The notes beneath the pieces are model-generated. The model searched no databases, had not been told where the DNA came from, and saw nothing but the letters and a program-made list of their open reading frames with translations. The position numbers were made by a program, and so were the translations under genes. From the NCBI GenBank assembly GCA_003427395.1, contig BFEA01000006.1, positions 6,776,700 to 6,840,699 of the forward strand: a DNA stretch of 64,000 nucleotides. Reading direction: 5' to 3'. Position 1 is the stretch's first letter. Each line of letters starts with the position of its first letter. Shown here piece after piece: positions 26,193 to 38,559 of the stretch. The stretch is from Chara braunii. Lineage: Eukaryota; Plantae; Charophyceae.

Positions 26193-27219
26193 TCAACAAC
26201 AATGATGCAAGGAAAACGAGTGTGAACGATATACAGAAAACCAAGTTGCGAAAGCACACACATGACAAAGTAGCCATGTACGAGCACAGAGTATAAATGC
26301 ACCGAGTATCCATCCAAATAGAGCAAAACAATGAAGTAATAAGCCAATGTCCAAGCCCGTAGGCCACACCAACACAGTATCCAAAGTTGTTTTTTCTCTG
26401 TCTTTCTCTCTCTTTCTTGTTTGTCTATCTGTTTGTCTGTTTCTTTCTGTGTGTGTACCGTTGTTGGGATACAGTTGCTCGAGGGGGAATCCTGGTCGGG
26501 CGCACGGGCGCCATAGCCGTAGAAGACTAACTTCGATCTGAGCCTGTGTTTTTGGGTTCATTATATTTGAACTCTATGTGAGCGTCACTGCGACAATGCG
26601 ATTACCATCTTTTCGCATGCATGCCGAGTACCGAAGAGGACAAACCCGATTGCAATAAAAAATAAGATAATAAAATAATAATAATAATAATAATAAAATA
26701 ATAATAATAATAATAATAAAATAACGAAACGGCATATTTCAGATTGCAAAATCATATCGAAAACCAAGAAGTATGACATTGTCCAGAAACAGAACCGCAC
26801 CGATGCATCACTTAAGAAGAATCAAAGTAATGACCACCCTCCTGTTACCACCAACATAAGTATCCAGAACCCTTCCCCCTGTTAGGTGCTCTGTGCCCAG
26901 CTTATTATCACGCAACTACTACCAGTCTACGAATTAACAACGCAACTGCTGACGTCTGCAGCGGAACCGAAGTACTGGAAGATATCGACCCATGCGGCCC
27001 TTCTCCAACACCAGGTATGTGTCTTAACACCATCACCCTCGTTTCTCCTTTCTTTCTCTCTTCCTCTCTCTCTCTCTCTCCCTTTTCTCATCGTGTTTTT
27101 TTTTTTTTCTTCTTTTTTTCTTTTTTTCCCCCTTTCTTCCTCCTTCACTCGCCTTCCTTTTTCCTCAACGTTCTCCCCCTCCTCGTACAGTCGAAATCAT
27201 AATTTTAGGTAAAATTAAC

Positions 27220-27255
<36 letters not shown>

Positions 27256-28289
27256 CAACAATAATAATACCAATCATAATGAAATTGATAGTAATAATCA
27301 TAATAAAAATCAAACGTATACAAGCTATGCTCCGATTCGGTTCATCCTGTCGATGGGAGCTCCTTCCATCTTTCTCTCACACCCGCACTCACACACACAC
27401 ACGCACACATACACGCACACACACACACACACATACATCAATACGCATGCAGAGTTCGTGTCTACCAAGTTTCCTAGGGGTATTGCTAAGTTTGGGTGGC
27501 GGGGTAAGTCCCTATCCATCAATCAAACGCACCCTGGATAGATTGTTTGTCCAGGTTCAACCTCCTGACGAGTCGTTGAAAGTTCGTCGAAACAGTATGG
27601 CACAACCATGCTTTTCTTTGTTGAGTTGTGTATAGCGGATATGACAACACACGCTCGTTCTCTCACACACTCACTCACACATAGAAACACATATGTGTAG
27701 CAGTGAATATTTCGGCGTTCTACCGGAAGAGTCGATCGATTTTGCTCATCCTTTCGAGGGAAGTTTCGCGAGGCCAGCCACGACCTTGGAGACTTACCTA
27801 TTGCCCGGTACGTTGCTCAACGAATCGATCGAAGTACTCTCTTTCTCTCTCTTTTTTTTTCTCTCACACACACACATACACACTCACATACATATACACA
27901 CACACACACACAAAGTAACGTATATTTCCTAGTTGTAGCGGTAGATTCATTCTATTTTGTTCATACTATAGAAGGAGGTGGAGTGAGTCCAGTCATGGGG
28001 AGGGAGACTTACCTGTCCTCTCTCTCATACTCGTTGTCGTCCTCGTCGTTGTCGTCGTCGCCGTAGTAGTTGTTGTCGTCACCATCATCGTCGTCGTCTG
28101 GGTCATCTCCATCTCCTTAACCTGGGAACCGTCCAGATAGTCCCTCATAACTCGAGTAGAAGGTCATAAAAACCTTTCGCTCACAGCATCGCCATCGTCG
28201 ATTTGCATGTCAGGTAAGTGTCATCTCCTCTCCTCTTCTTCTCTCCTTCTCTCCTTCTTTTTCTCCTTCTCTCTTTCTTCTTCTCCTTC

Positions 28290-28385
28290 CTCTTCTTCTT
28301 CTTCTTTTCTTCTTCGTATTCTTCGTATTCTTCTTCTTCTTCTTTTCTTCTTTGTCTTCTTCTTCTTCTTCTTCTTCTTCTTCTT

Positions 28386-28416
<31 letters not shown>

Positions 28417-28440
28417 TTCTTATTCTTATTCTTATTCTTT
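28290..28440. repeat. (TTC)n/(TTCTTA)n microsatellite
   Basis: Direct reading. Confidence 0.95.
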
Positions 28441-28949
28441 TTCTTCCCCTGCTTCTCCCGCTACAATCTCCAGACCACCTTTTCCTCGTGTTCCAACCCC
28501 CCTTCTCTCCTGTGTGCGCCCCCTCCATCGTTCTCCGCTCGTTCGTCGGTCGTTCCTTGCTCGCAGTGACCCAATCTTCCGCGGCAGCGATCTTTACCGT
28601 GTTGTGGGTAGGCCCGACAGAACGAGATCGTGGCGGGATCATAATTTTTTCCGAGAACACGAACCTGTCTGAAATTCGGGGTAAATACAATAAGGTAAGC
28701 CTAAAATCGTACATGCTGGAAAAAAAGAAAATAATTCGACAAGAAATAATAAGAAAAATAGAAAAGGAAAAGAATAAAAATCTCACGAAAATCTAACTGC
28801 TAACTACCCTAGACTGCCAAGTGTTGTGCCCTCGTTTTAAGATGAGGCTAACTGTAAATACTAGCTCTAGCTAAACTTTGATCCTGAGGTCACGGGTTCA
28901 AGTCCCGGCCGACCACAATGGGGTGAAGGCCAAAGTAGAGCCCCTCATG

Positions 28950-29034
28950 AAAAGGAGCTAGCTCGGGGTCGGATGGATTCGATCCCCGAGTCTCTTGATC
29001 TTTAACCCGCACCGAAACCCACTGAGCTGGCTCC
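28950..29034 (-). ncRNA. Candidate Pol III small RNA cassette in LTR B2
   Basis: Minus strand GGAGCCAGCTCAGTGGG...GGATCGAATCC...GAGCTAGCTCCTTTT. Confidence 0.5.
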
Positions 29035-29957
29035 TACTTCGGTTAGAAGAGGAGCAACTCGGGTATATATTGAAGTGGGGCTCAGTCCGCCTGGCCTGAG
29101 CCCGTTTCAAAGTTTGCGGGTACGCACACTTGCCTACCTGCATCCCGGTCTTAGTGCTTATCGGCTTGAGTGTGTGTGTGACCCGCGTGTGTACTTATTT
29201 GACCGGAAGGCCCGAAGGGCCGGTACTTACCGGTGGCCGTGGCATTGAGGATTGCTATGAGGAAAACACTCAAGTGGCGGGGACAGAGGTCCGCGACACT
29301 TAAGAGCAGCGGGAAATACTCAAGTAGCAGGTAGGTCGGTACTACACAAAGTACAGATAGGCGCGCCGTTGTCGGGGCAGAAACCCTGACAAGGGTATCG
29401 GCCCGGTGTTTTTAAATGTCACACGATGTCCGACTTAGTAAATGGTTTTTCGGGCTTCATAACTTGATGAGATGGGTTATCTGCCATAAGTCTATTCGAA
29501 TTTGACCTATGACTGAGATATTAAAAGTTCGTACTTCAGTCTGAACACGTGTGGCATCCGATAGTGATGGCAGTAAGCGGCCGTGCCTCGCCTTTTGGCG
29601 AAGCCGCAGGAAGGTGCGGGCATGGGATCGGTAAAGCTAAACCTATTTTACCTAAACAGCCGCGCGATTCAGGGCCTAAGTGGGATAAAAAAAGGGTCGC
29701 TGCGACGAGGTTGGAACCGCAGAGTAGAGGAAATAAGAAGTCTTGTTTTTTTTTTTTTGGGTCCTCGGGGCTTTCTCGTCGAGGACCGAATGGGATAATG
29801 CTGTGGCCTGCTGAGTGGGGCAGCTGCTGGGGTTGCGGGCCGCCGACAAACCGGCCAGCCATGGAAACAGGCAGGCCTAGCAAGGCTGCTGGAGGCTGGC
29901 CTGCTGGGGGCTATAACCCCTCATATAGAAGGGCAACTCCTATCCCCATGTGAGATA

Positions 29958-30045
29958 GGAGCTAGCCCAGTAGGTAGCACACCAGCCTGATATGCGACGG
30001 ATGCAGGGATCAAGGTTGATATGCCTCAGTGGGCTAGCTCCTTTT
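29958..30045 (+). ncRNA. Candidate Pol III small RNA cassette in element D (copy 1)
   Basis: GGAGCTAGCCCAGTAGG (A box)...GGGATCAAGG (degenerate B box)...TGGGCTAGCTCC TTTT; 12-bp terminal stem. Confidence 0.5.
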
Positions 30046-30123
30046 GGAGCAGCCCAACCTTCTGGCGCGACCGTTTTCGGTCGTGCGATCGATGAGATCG
30101 TGCGGCTGAAAACAGCCGCACGC

Positions 30124-30179
30124 AGATTAGCATGGCCCCTGCGCAAGGATGACACGCATAGATCGAGAAATGGTCCAAA
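30124..30179 (+). pseudogene. U6: U6 snRNA 3'-half fragment
   Basis: AGATTAGCATGGCCCCTGCGCAAGGATGACACGCATAGATCGAGAAATGGTCCAAA, one mismatch to plant U6; lacks the 5' stem-loop and ACAGAGA box. Confidence 0.9.
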
Positions 30180-30445
30180 ACCCCGTGGGGATTCGAACCA
30201 GGGTCTGCGCCTCGACAAAAATGGCTGAAAAACCACGTGAAAATGACCGCTGGCATAAGCCAACGGATTTAAAAAAAAAAAAAATTAAAAATAAAGCTAA
30301 GCGCCACTTGGCGCTCCACGAAGTGCCTGGGGCACTTCAGTCCCCATTGATCGTGACTGCGCCCGTGAAAACGGGCGACCATTTTTGCAGAAGATAAGTT
30401 CGTTACCTTTTTTTCTTCTTTTCGTTTTTTTTTTTTTTTTTTTGC

Positions 30446-30482
<37 letters not shown>

Positions 30483-30650
30483 GGTTTTAAGTTTTGTTAT
30501 AGATTTCCTTTTTAGATTTTTGTTTTTTCCTTTCTAGATTTCGTTTAGATTTTGGTTTTTCCTTTTCTTTTAATTTTCTTCTTTTTTTGGTACCAAAGCA
30601 CCCATTCGTTTTTAGACGAACGGGCATGACTGTGTCACACTGTTTCGTCG

Positions 30651-30688
<38 letters not shown>

Positions 30689-30704
30689 NNNNNNNNNNNN
30701 NNNN

Positions 30705-30736
30705 CTTATACACATCTAGATGTGTATAAGAGACAG
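30705..30736. other. Nextera mate-pair junction adapter (assembly artefact)
   Basis: CTTATACACATCT-AGATGTGTATAAGAGACAG is the Tn5 mosaic-end junction, located at a gap edge. Confidence 0.95.
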
Positions 30737-30765
30737 GATTATGTGTGTGTGTGTGTGTGTCTGTG

Positions 30766-31276
30766 TTTTTTTTTTTTTTTTTTTTTTTTTAAATTCTTTT
30801 TAGAAATCGATCAAATTGAGGCCGGGGACCTCACAATTCAACCCGGAGTTATCCCGGCAGTATCAGCCGGTTTAGCTTATGACATCCCATTCAGACCTAC
30901 CCTATCGAACTAAAGACAAGGATGGACTTAACTACCCAAACACTCTGGAGAACTCTATCCTACAAAGGAAAAAGTAATAAATTTTCGCCAATGGCATAAG
31001 CCACGACTATAATCCAGATCAACACTTAGGGGGAGATAGAAAAGGAAGACCCCTCAGTCCTAATCTTTCAGCAACCAAGACGGAAACTGAAACACACCAT
31101 TGGGCTTAGACAGTACCAACTGAGCATTAAGTCCCCAAGTTCTAAAAAACCAGCTGGCTGTTTTGAGGGTATGCTTTCCCTTGTATCGTCATCTCCAATC
31201 TGCGATAATTGTCTGCCTAATTTCGGCCTTCACTTTATTAGTGATATCCTTAAAGGATAGATGGGAGTCACGAAAA
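30766..31276 (-). mobile_element. 5'-truncated copy of the LINE 3' end with poly(A)
   Basis: Near-identical to ~32030-32538; poly-T on the + strand at its left end. Confidence 0.85.
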
Positions 31277-31342
31277 TTGCTCTCCCTGTTGGGGGCTATA
31301 GCCTTTCATATGGAAGGGCAGCTCCTATCCCAATGTGAGATA

Positions 31343-31430
31343 GGAGCTAGCCCAGTAGGTAGCACACCAGCCTGATATGCGACGGATGCAGGGATCAAAG
31401 CCGATATGCCTCAGTGGGCTAGCTCCTTTT
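31343..31430 (+). ncRNA. Candidate Pol III small RNA cassette in element D (copy 2)
   Basis: GGAGCTAGCCCAGTAGG...GGATCAAAGCC (fits GWTCRANNC)...TGGGCTAGCTCCTTTT. Confidence 0.55.
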
Positions 31431-31508
31431 GGAGCAGCCCAGCCTTCTGGCGCGACCGTTTTCACTCGTGAGATCGATGAGATCGTGCGGCTGAAAACAG
31501 CCGCACGC

Positions 31509-31564
31509 AGATTAGCATGGCCCCTGCGCAAGGATGACACGCATAGATCGAGAAATAGTCCAAA
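31509..31564 (+). pseudogene. U6: U6 snRNA 3'-half fragment (second copy)
   Basis: Same U6 segment and same 5' junction as 30124-30179. Confidence 0.9.
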
Positions 31565-31810
31565 ATCCCGTGGGGATTCGAACCAGGGCCTGCGTCTCGA
31601 CAGAAATGGCTGAAAAGCCACGTGAAAATGACCATTGGCATAAGCCAACGAATTTAGAAAAAAAAAATAAAAAAAAATAAAGCGAAAGCGCCACTTGGCG
31701 CTCCACGAAGTGCCTGGGGCACTTCAGTCCCCATTGATCGTGACTGCGCCCGTGAAAACGGGCGACCATTTTTGCAAAAGGTAAGTTCATTACCTTTTTT
31801 TCTTCTTTTC

Positions 31811-31850
<40 letters not shown>

Positions 31851-32015
31851 GGTTTTAAATTTTTTTATAGATTTTTTTTTTAGATTTTTTTTTTTTCCTT
31901 TCTAGATCTCGTTTAGATTTTGGTTTTTCCTTTTCTTTTCCTTTTCTTCTTTTTTTGGTACCAAAGCACCCGTTCGTTTTTAGACGAATGGGCAACTGTG
32001 CCAGACTGTTTCGTC

Positions 32016-32052
<37 letters not shown>

Positions 32053-32321
32053 GAAATTCTTACAAAAATCGATCAAATTGAGGCCGGGGACCTCACAATT
32101 TAACCCGGAGTTATCCCGGCAGCATCAGCCGGTTTAGCTTATGACATCCCATTAAGACCTACCCTATCGACCTAAAGACAAGGATGGACTTAACTACCCA
32201 AACACTCTGGAGAACTCTATTCTACAAAGGAAAAAGTAACAACTTTTCGCCAATGGCATAAGCCACGGCTATAATCCAGATCAACACTTAGGGGGAGATA
32301 GAAAAGGAAGACCCCTCAGTC

Positions 32322-35300
32322 CTAATCTTTCAGCAACCAAGAGGGAAACTGAAACACACCATTGGGCTTAGACAGTACCAACTGAGCACTGAGTCCCCAA
32401 GTTCTAAAAAACCAGTTGGCTGTTTTGAGGGTATGATTTCCCTTGTATCGTCTTTTCCAATCTGCGATAACTGTCTGCCTAATTTCGGCCTTCACTTTAT
32501 TAGTGATATCCTTAAAGGATAGATGGGAGTCACGAAAACACTTTATAATTACGATCAGTCCATAGGGCGTCAAAGATATTCACTTGAGCAATGTAACCCC
32601 AGCCCACAAAAGCGGACATACCCACTCGTAAAAGACCCGGCAGGACCCAGTTCTCATCCCATGGAAAAATATTTTTTGAAATTCTCTTCCAATGTTCCTC
32701 CCACCATTCCCAAACCCTCAGGGAGAAGGGGCACGTATATCACAGATGATTGGTGGCCACCAATGCCCATTTACACCTGCTGCAGGCTATTGGAATATCC
32801 AACCCTCTTGAGTGTAACCACACCGTCGACGAGGTGACCAACAGTGATTGTAACAGCAGAACACTGGCTTGCTTTTGAGAGGGCAATACTTTCAGTTGTT
32901 TCCAAAGAGCCAGAAGGTTATTGCGGGTTACAGGCTGTAGCAGTTGCTCCTCTCGTCTGCCGATTACCACATCAACCGTTTTTTTCTTACCTCTCGTCTG
33001 CCGATTACCACATCAACCGGTTTTTTCTTACTCTTTTGCTGTAGAAGACGAACTGCTCTCCCTGTTGTATTTTGCGTTAGCCCAATTAACTTTTGGGTCT
33101 TCTGATCCAACCAGCTGAAGGAGCCCGGATGTATTGGCAGGTTATGCAACGATCTGCCACCCGCAATCACCGTCACCTGTGGCCGACTCACCAGCCCCAG
33201 CGTCTCTATCCGCGGTGTCTCACCTTTCTGTTGGCTAACTTTGACTTCTGTTAATACCTGATAAGAACCTGCCAATAAACCCACCGTGGTTTCTTCTTGG
33301 AAAGACAATAGCTTAGTGTAAGAAGTTAGCTCGTTAGCCTGCCTGACTTCCACTTTTACTCTGCCATCCCCTGCAGGCCCCAGTGTGTGCAAGAAGGTCT
33401 GTTGATCGTCTCCCGGAGCTTTCAGCCAACTGTCGAAGGCTGGTTGCAAATACATAAGTTGAGTCCAGTCCTACGGCAGCAAGTTTTGAATATCTGTCAG
33501 CCTTTCCTCCACTCTTCTCAAGCATCTTAGCTGCCCCCGCACTGAAGCTTCCGGCCTCCAGCCATTCAACTCTCTATCCCATAGATCCCCTAAAATGACT
33601 ATACCTCTTTCAATCCAGGCTTTACCGAAGTTACCCGGTGCATCCTGGGCTGAAAAGGTCTGGCCATTCACATCGCGAAGGTAAGGATTTTTGAAGATAG
33701 GCTGCAGGAAAAGTTCGTCCAGAGACTCGGGAGGTTTCAAGATTACAGGTCTTATTTTAGACCAAGCATACAAAACATTCTTTCAAAAGTTCGACCGAGG
33801 TTTCTTACGGCTATACGACTCTAGAAATAAACAACGCCACACGTCAGAATGGTTTCTCAGATTCCATTCCTCGTCTAAAATATATTCCGCAAGCCAGATC
33901 CAGGCGTGTTTCGGTTCTGCCAGCAAAGCCTTAATTGACCATTTAGCCAGCAGGGCAATGTTCTGACGCTTGGGGTCGAGGATCCCAAAACCTCCTTCCT
34001 CTCAGGGGAAAGTAATAGATTCCCAAGCAACTTTGGGTAAGAACCCTTCTTCCTCTTCTGCTTCTGGCTTCCAGAGAAATCTGGCGGCAGCATTCCTGAT
34101 GCGTTTGTAGGCTTGATCCCCCAACAAATGGACTTGCATGGGATACCAAAGGATTGAGAAGGCTGAAGACGTAATCACCAGAGTCCGGCCCAACAGCGAA
34201 CGATGACGCGTGTACTCCCATTTCCGGATCCTCTGACATACTTTTTCTTCCAACAGTTGATCTTGTAATTCTGAGTTGTCCGACAACGACACTTGTACGC
34301 CAAGATAGCGGTCAGAATCATCTGAGGGGATCCTTCCCATACCCCAATCCACTTGTAACTGAAAGTGACTAGGCAGAAAAAATACAGATGTACTCAAATT
34401 TATTGAGGCCTCCGATAATACAGAGTATTCATTTAAAATATTACGTACAGTTAGTAAAGACTTTCTATCATTCAGACAGGTTACAGTCAAATCATCCGCC
34501 AACGCCCCCCCTTTCCATTGAAATTGATCGTGTAGCTCCAACCCAGTAATCTGTTCATTCATTCTAATATTATTTAACAAAACTTCCAGGTGCAGAACGA
34601 AAAGGAGAGGGGCGAGTGGGCACCCCTGTCGCAACGAGCGTGACAACTCAAATTCGGGATAACTTCCAGCGCTTGAATAGTGGCCGCAATGTTATCTATT
34701 ATGGACCTGTGTTTAACAAACGCTCCTTGATCTGATCCTACCAAGTCCGGTAGGTATTTAGCTAATCGCAGGGCTAGAGCCTTTGCTAAAATTTTGTAGG
34801 AGACATTCAGCAGGGGAATTGGTATCCAGTTTCTTATATCCAATTTGTCACATTTTTTATAAAGCAAACTAATAACCCCTTGTTGCATTCCTTTTGAGAG
34901 GGACCCACCCACCAACACACCATTGTAGACTTCTACCAAAGTCGAAGCAATAGAGTCCCATAGGGCAAGGTAGACTTCTACTGGTAACCCATCCTTCCCG
35001 GGACATTTTCCCGAGGCCATCTGTTCGGCTGCAACTTTGACTTCTTCAATAGTAAATGGTCTGTCCAAGTCAAGTTTCCCTTGTTGAGGTAGTCTGACCC
35101 TGGTCCGAGCCCAAAAGGAAGAGGTTTCTCTTAAGTCTGTCTCAAAGGAGTTCAGCGGCCGACGTGTTGTTAGGATATCCTAAAAGTACAACTGAGCGTA
35201 TTGACACATTCCTTGTGGGTCCGTCCTCGAGGGAGTAGAAACCGCAAAGGGGTGACACAGTTCTCTAATCAAAGGTTTAGTTTTCTGCAGAAGAAGTCTC

Positions 35301-36450
35301 AGAAAAGTGTCCCGATTAAGTTTGTCATTCGTGATGATCCCTTTCTGGTATAACCATGCCTTCCACTTTTTCTGTCGAGCAATCTGCAAACTATCAAGCT
35401 CTGTCAAGGTTTTTTTGCAGACTGCCGTCCAATAGGCGTCCGAAACCGGATGTTTGTCAAAATTCTCCTCAGCCTCACTTATTCGTCTGATCAGCTTATG
35501 CTCCGCACGGTTGCCTTCGGTGGCCTTAATTCTTGAAAAAATCTCAAAATAATTCTTCATAATGTTAATTCCCGTGTCAAACCATGACTCCACATTTGAA
35601 AACAGGTAACGGACATTTTGCCACTTTAACCAGTGATTTTTTGCCCAGTTGAGAAGATTTTCATCTTTAAGATGTTCTATATTGAAGCGGAAATGGGGTC
35701 TTGCCGCATTGGTAGGATCTTGGTTGTCCAACTCAGCAGTAACAGGATAGTGATCAGACATCGACGATTTGTCAATTACTACTTTTAAGCACCTATCCCA
35801 AATGCTACCTCTCATTAAAAAGAAGTCGAACCTTCGTCTGACCGGCGGGGCCTGAAAGCCAAACCATGTGAAGGCTCGAGTGTCTGGATTAAGTGTGCGG
35901 TAAGCATCTATCAATTGTTGAGATTCCATTAGCGCTAAGAGCAAACGTCCGTCTGCCCGTACAGACTCCACTTTCGGTGAGTCCAACCCCGGGCACAGCA
36001 TTGTATTCCAATCTGCCGCAATAAGCAGATTGGGATTATCCGGCAGGATACTTGGGAGTTCCGCTAGGAACACCAGTCTCTCGTTGTACGTCGCAGGAAC
36101 ATATGTTGATATTATAGTTCAAATTTCCCCTAAGAACTCAAATTGCACCCAAACCGAACGTCCCCACATATCTGTCATCCAATCAGATATGAAAATATCT
36201 AATTCCTTGTGTATTAGGATGCCTACACCCCCCCTTGCACCCCTGGTAGGTGACCAATACTGAGGTCCAGTCCATCGAGGTCTAAATTCGTTGATACGTT
36301 CTTCGTTTAATTTCGTTTCTTGCAAACACATTATATGTGTCTTTTTTTCATGCATCCATGATTTCAGTCGCTCCTTTTTCCGTCTGGTACCGGTATCACA
36401 TAACCCGCATACATTCCAGGTAGCAATGTTAATTCTTTGCGTTAGGGGTA
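32322..36450 (-). pseudogene. LINE ORF2 (APE endonuclease + reverse transcriptase), frameshifted with an internal deletion near 34650
   Basis: APE motifs IATWNV, CLQETK, AADWN, RFDFFL, SDHYPV; RT motifs KCPGKDG, PIPLLNVSYKILAK, LRQGCPLAPLLF, LADD, RYLGV; the DFxKAxD motif is missing at the deletion. Confidence 0.92.
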
Positions 36451-38559
36451 TTTACCCTTGAGGTACCGGCTTTGAGTTGGATCCGGTTGTCAGCAGAGGG
36501 CTTGGGGTCCTTCCCTGCGCTTCCCTTACTTTTGATATTCACTGTCTCCCATGGGATGCGCAGGTATTCCACAAAGGTAGATCCCAAAAGTGTTTCCCTC
36601 TGAGAAGCAGTTTGCAACCATTCGGCAAGGGCTGACGCACAAATGTCATTCATGATCATCAATTTGCTCAGACTCTCATTGATGGTGGAGGAGAGATGAA
36701 GCATAGGGGTCCATGTGAAACCCCTCCTGTTCCAATTGGGGCAGTTGTGCTTCCTTAATTTTGCCCTCCATACAGGCAATGTACAGGCGTGCACATGGTT
36801 CGTTTTCTTTCTCAACGGTGTGAATGTCAATGTTGAGATTTGGGATCATTCTTACCGATAATCGTTCCTTTACCACTCGTTCCACCTTTCGAGTTACAAG
36901 GGATTCAGTCAGGCAGTCATTCAAATCCAAAGGAATAGAGGGTATTGATACAACCCCTCTGTCATCAGTTTTGGTCAAGAAGCGGAACTGACTATCTCCC
37001 GCCACGACAATAATTGGGACCAGAATTCGGGGAATCGACATCTGATTCTTTGATAGAGCTTTGACAGGCCCGACTTTGGATAGCACAGCCGACTTACTCC
37101 CTTTGTGATGGGTCATTTCCCTTTCTATCGATTCTCTACTAGATTCAGAGTCTTCCTTCCCTTTCTGATTCTTATCTCTTGAGCCTGATTCCACAATGAC
37201 CCGTGAGCGTTTCAGAGGAGAGGAATATGGACCTTTCGTGGGTTTCGCCAGACTGTCCCGTCTGATGTCCTCCAGTGCCCTAGATGCCTCGGCTTCTGCC
37301 GCATCGATATTGAACTTGTTAACTGGGCTCCTGCTATCATCACCCGACATCTTGTCAAAATTTTCTGACGAGAGTGACGATTGGGGCTTCTTATTCCCCG
37401 ACTCGTGATCCGACTTTTTGAAAACGCCCGAGCTGGATCAAACCGAACCTTCCGATTTAGCAATCGATCCTTTCCCCTTCCTTTCTCGTAAGACTCTTTT
37501 GTTGTCCGCTTTAGCATCAGTTCCTTTCCTGTTGTTGTTTTGTGATGTCGTCGCAGCCCCTTCCATTCTACCTTTGGCCTGTTTTTGAAACCTGTTCCAC
37601 TCGGTGGTCGGAGGGGTCTGACCCAAAGGGACAAACCCTGAGAAGGGAGGGGGGGGGAGTGGTTCTTTTACTCCCTGATCAGTGAACGGATCAGATTCTA
37701 CCGCAGGACAGCAACTGTCTGTTTCATTGTGGTAGTGCAACCTACACTTGTTGCACCAAGAGGTTGTTGCCGAGATAACCTCCACATGATATTCCCCTTT
37801 CTTGGGAATTCCCACAATCAGTTTCCTTTTGACCCTGAATTCAGCTAAGGGATCCAAATCAAATCGGACATTCCCCAACTCCAACTCATTTTCATATTCT
37901 TCAAAGGGGTGAAGTTTTATCACCCGGCCAAAGTTCTGTTCAACATCGATATGAAGAGGAGCCATAAATTGCATCGGTACATTTAAACAACGAATCCAAA
38001 AGATTTTTGGCTTCCCCGTGCTCTTAAAAAAAATCATCTCCGACAGGTCCATCCATGGCAGAAAAGTGACATCAAAGGATTTACCATTCAAAGTAATAGA
38101 AACTTCTCGTTCTTGCCAGAGCCATTCCGCGATTTCCTTCGTGCTGGCCACATAAGTGGCCAAATTTTGTCCTTCGTTCTGGTATCTTCCCCGTTTGGTT
38201 TCTAGGTCAACCTCACCACTATCATACCAAGAATTTTCGTAGACACGGACTAACTGTTTTTTTATGTCGTTAGATAAATTCCCGGCCTCTTGGTGAAACT
38301 TGATAGTGACCGCATGCTCCCTAAGCCACTCAGTTTGTGCATCTAAAAAATCCTCGTCCAAATCCAAACGAGCAAAGTCTTCGCCCAATTCTGTCGACCC
38401 AATACAGAGACCGGAAGGCAGTAACACATCCTGGTAACAGGCATTCAACAGTTTTTTCGCATAAACCTTTTCCTCAGCCGTATACGTGCGTTTGACCTTC
38501 GGACTCGCATTCGATATCGTGCCCGCATGCAGATTAGGAAGGTTGGTTTTGGTTTCCAT
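36429..38559 (-). pseudogene. LINE ORF1 (frameshifted), plant L1-type with zinc knuckle
   Basis: ATG at 38559; FWIRCLNVP motif and CNKCRLHYHNETDSC knuckle; continues in ORFs 36676-37350 and 36429-36830. Confidence 0.75.

Noticed and set aside
30705-30736. Palindrome resembling a Tn5 transposon end
   Set aside because: Nextera mate-pair adapter at a gap edge; technical.
30124-31564. Functional U6 genes
   Set aside because: 5' stem-loop, ACAGAGA box and the U6 T-run terminator are absent.
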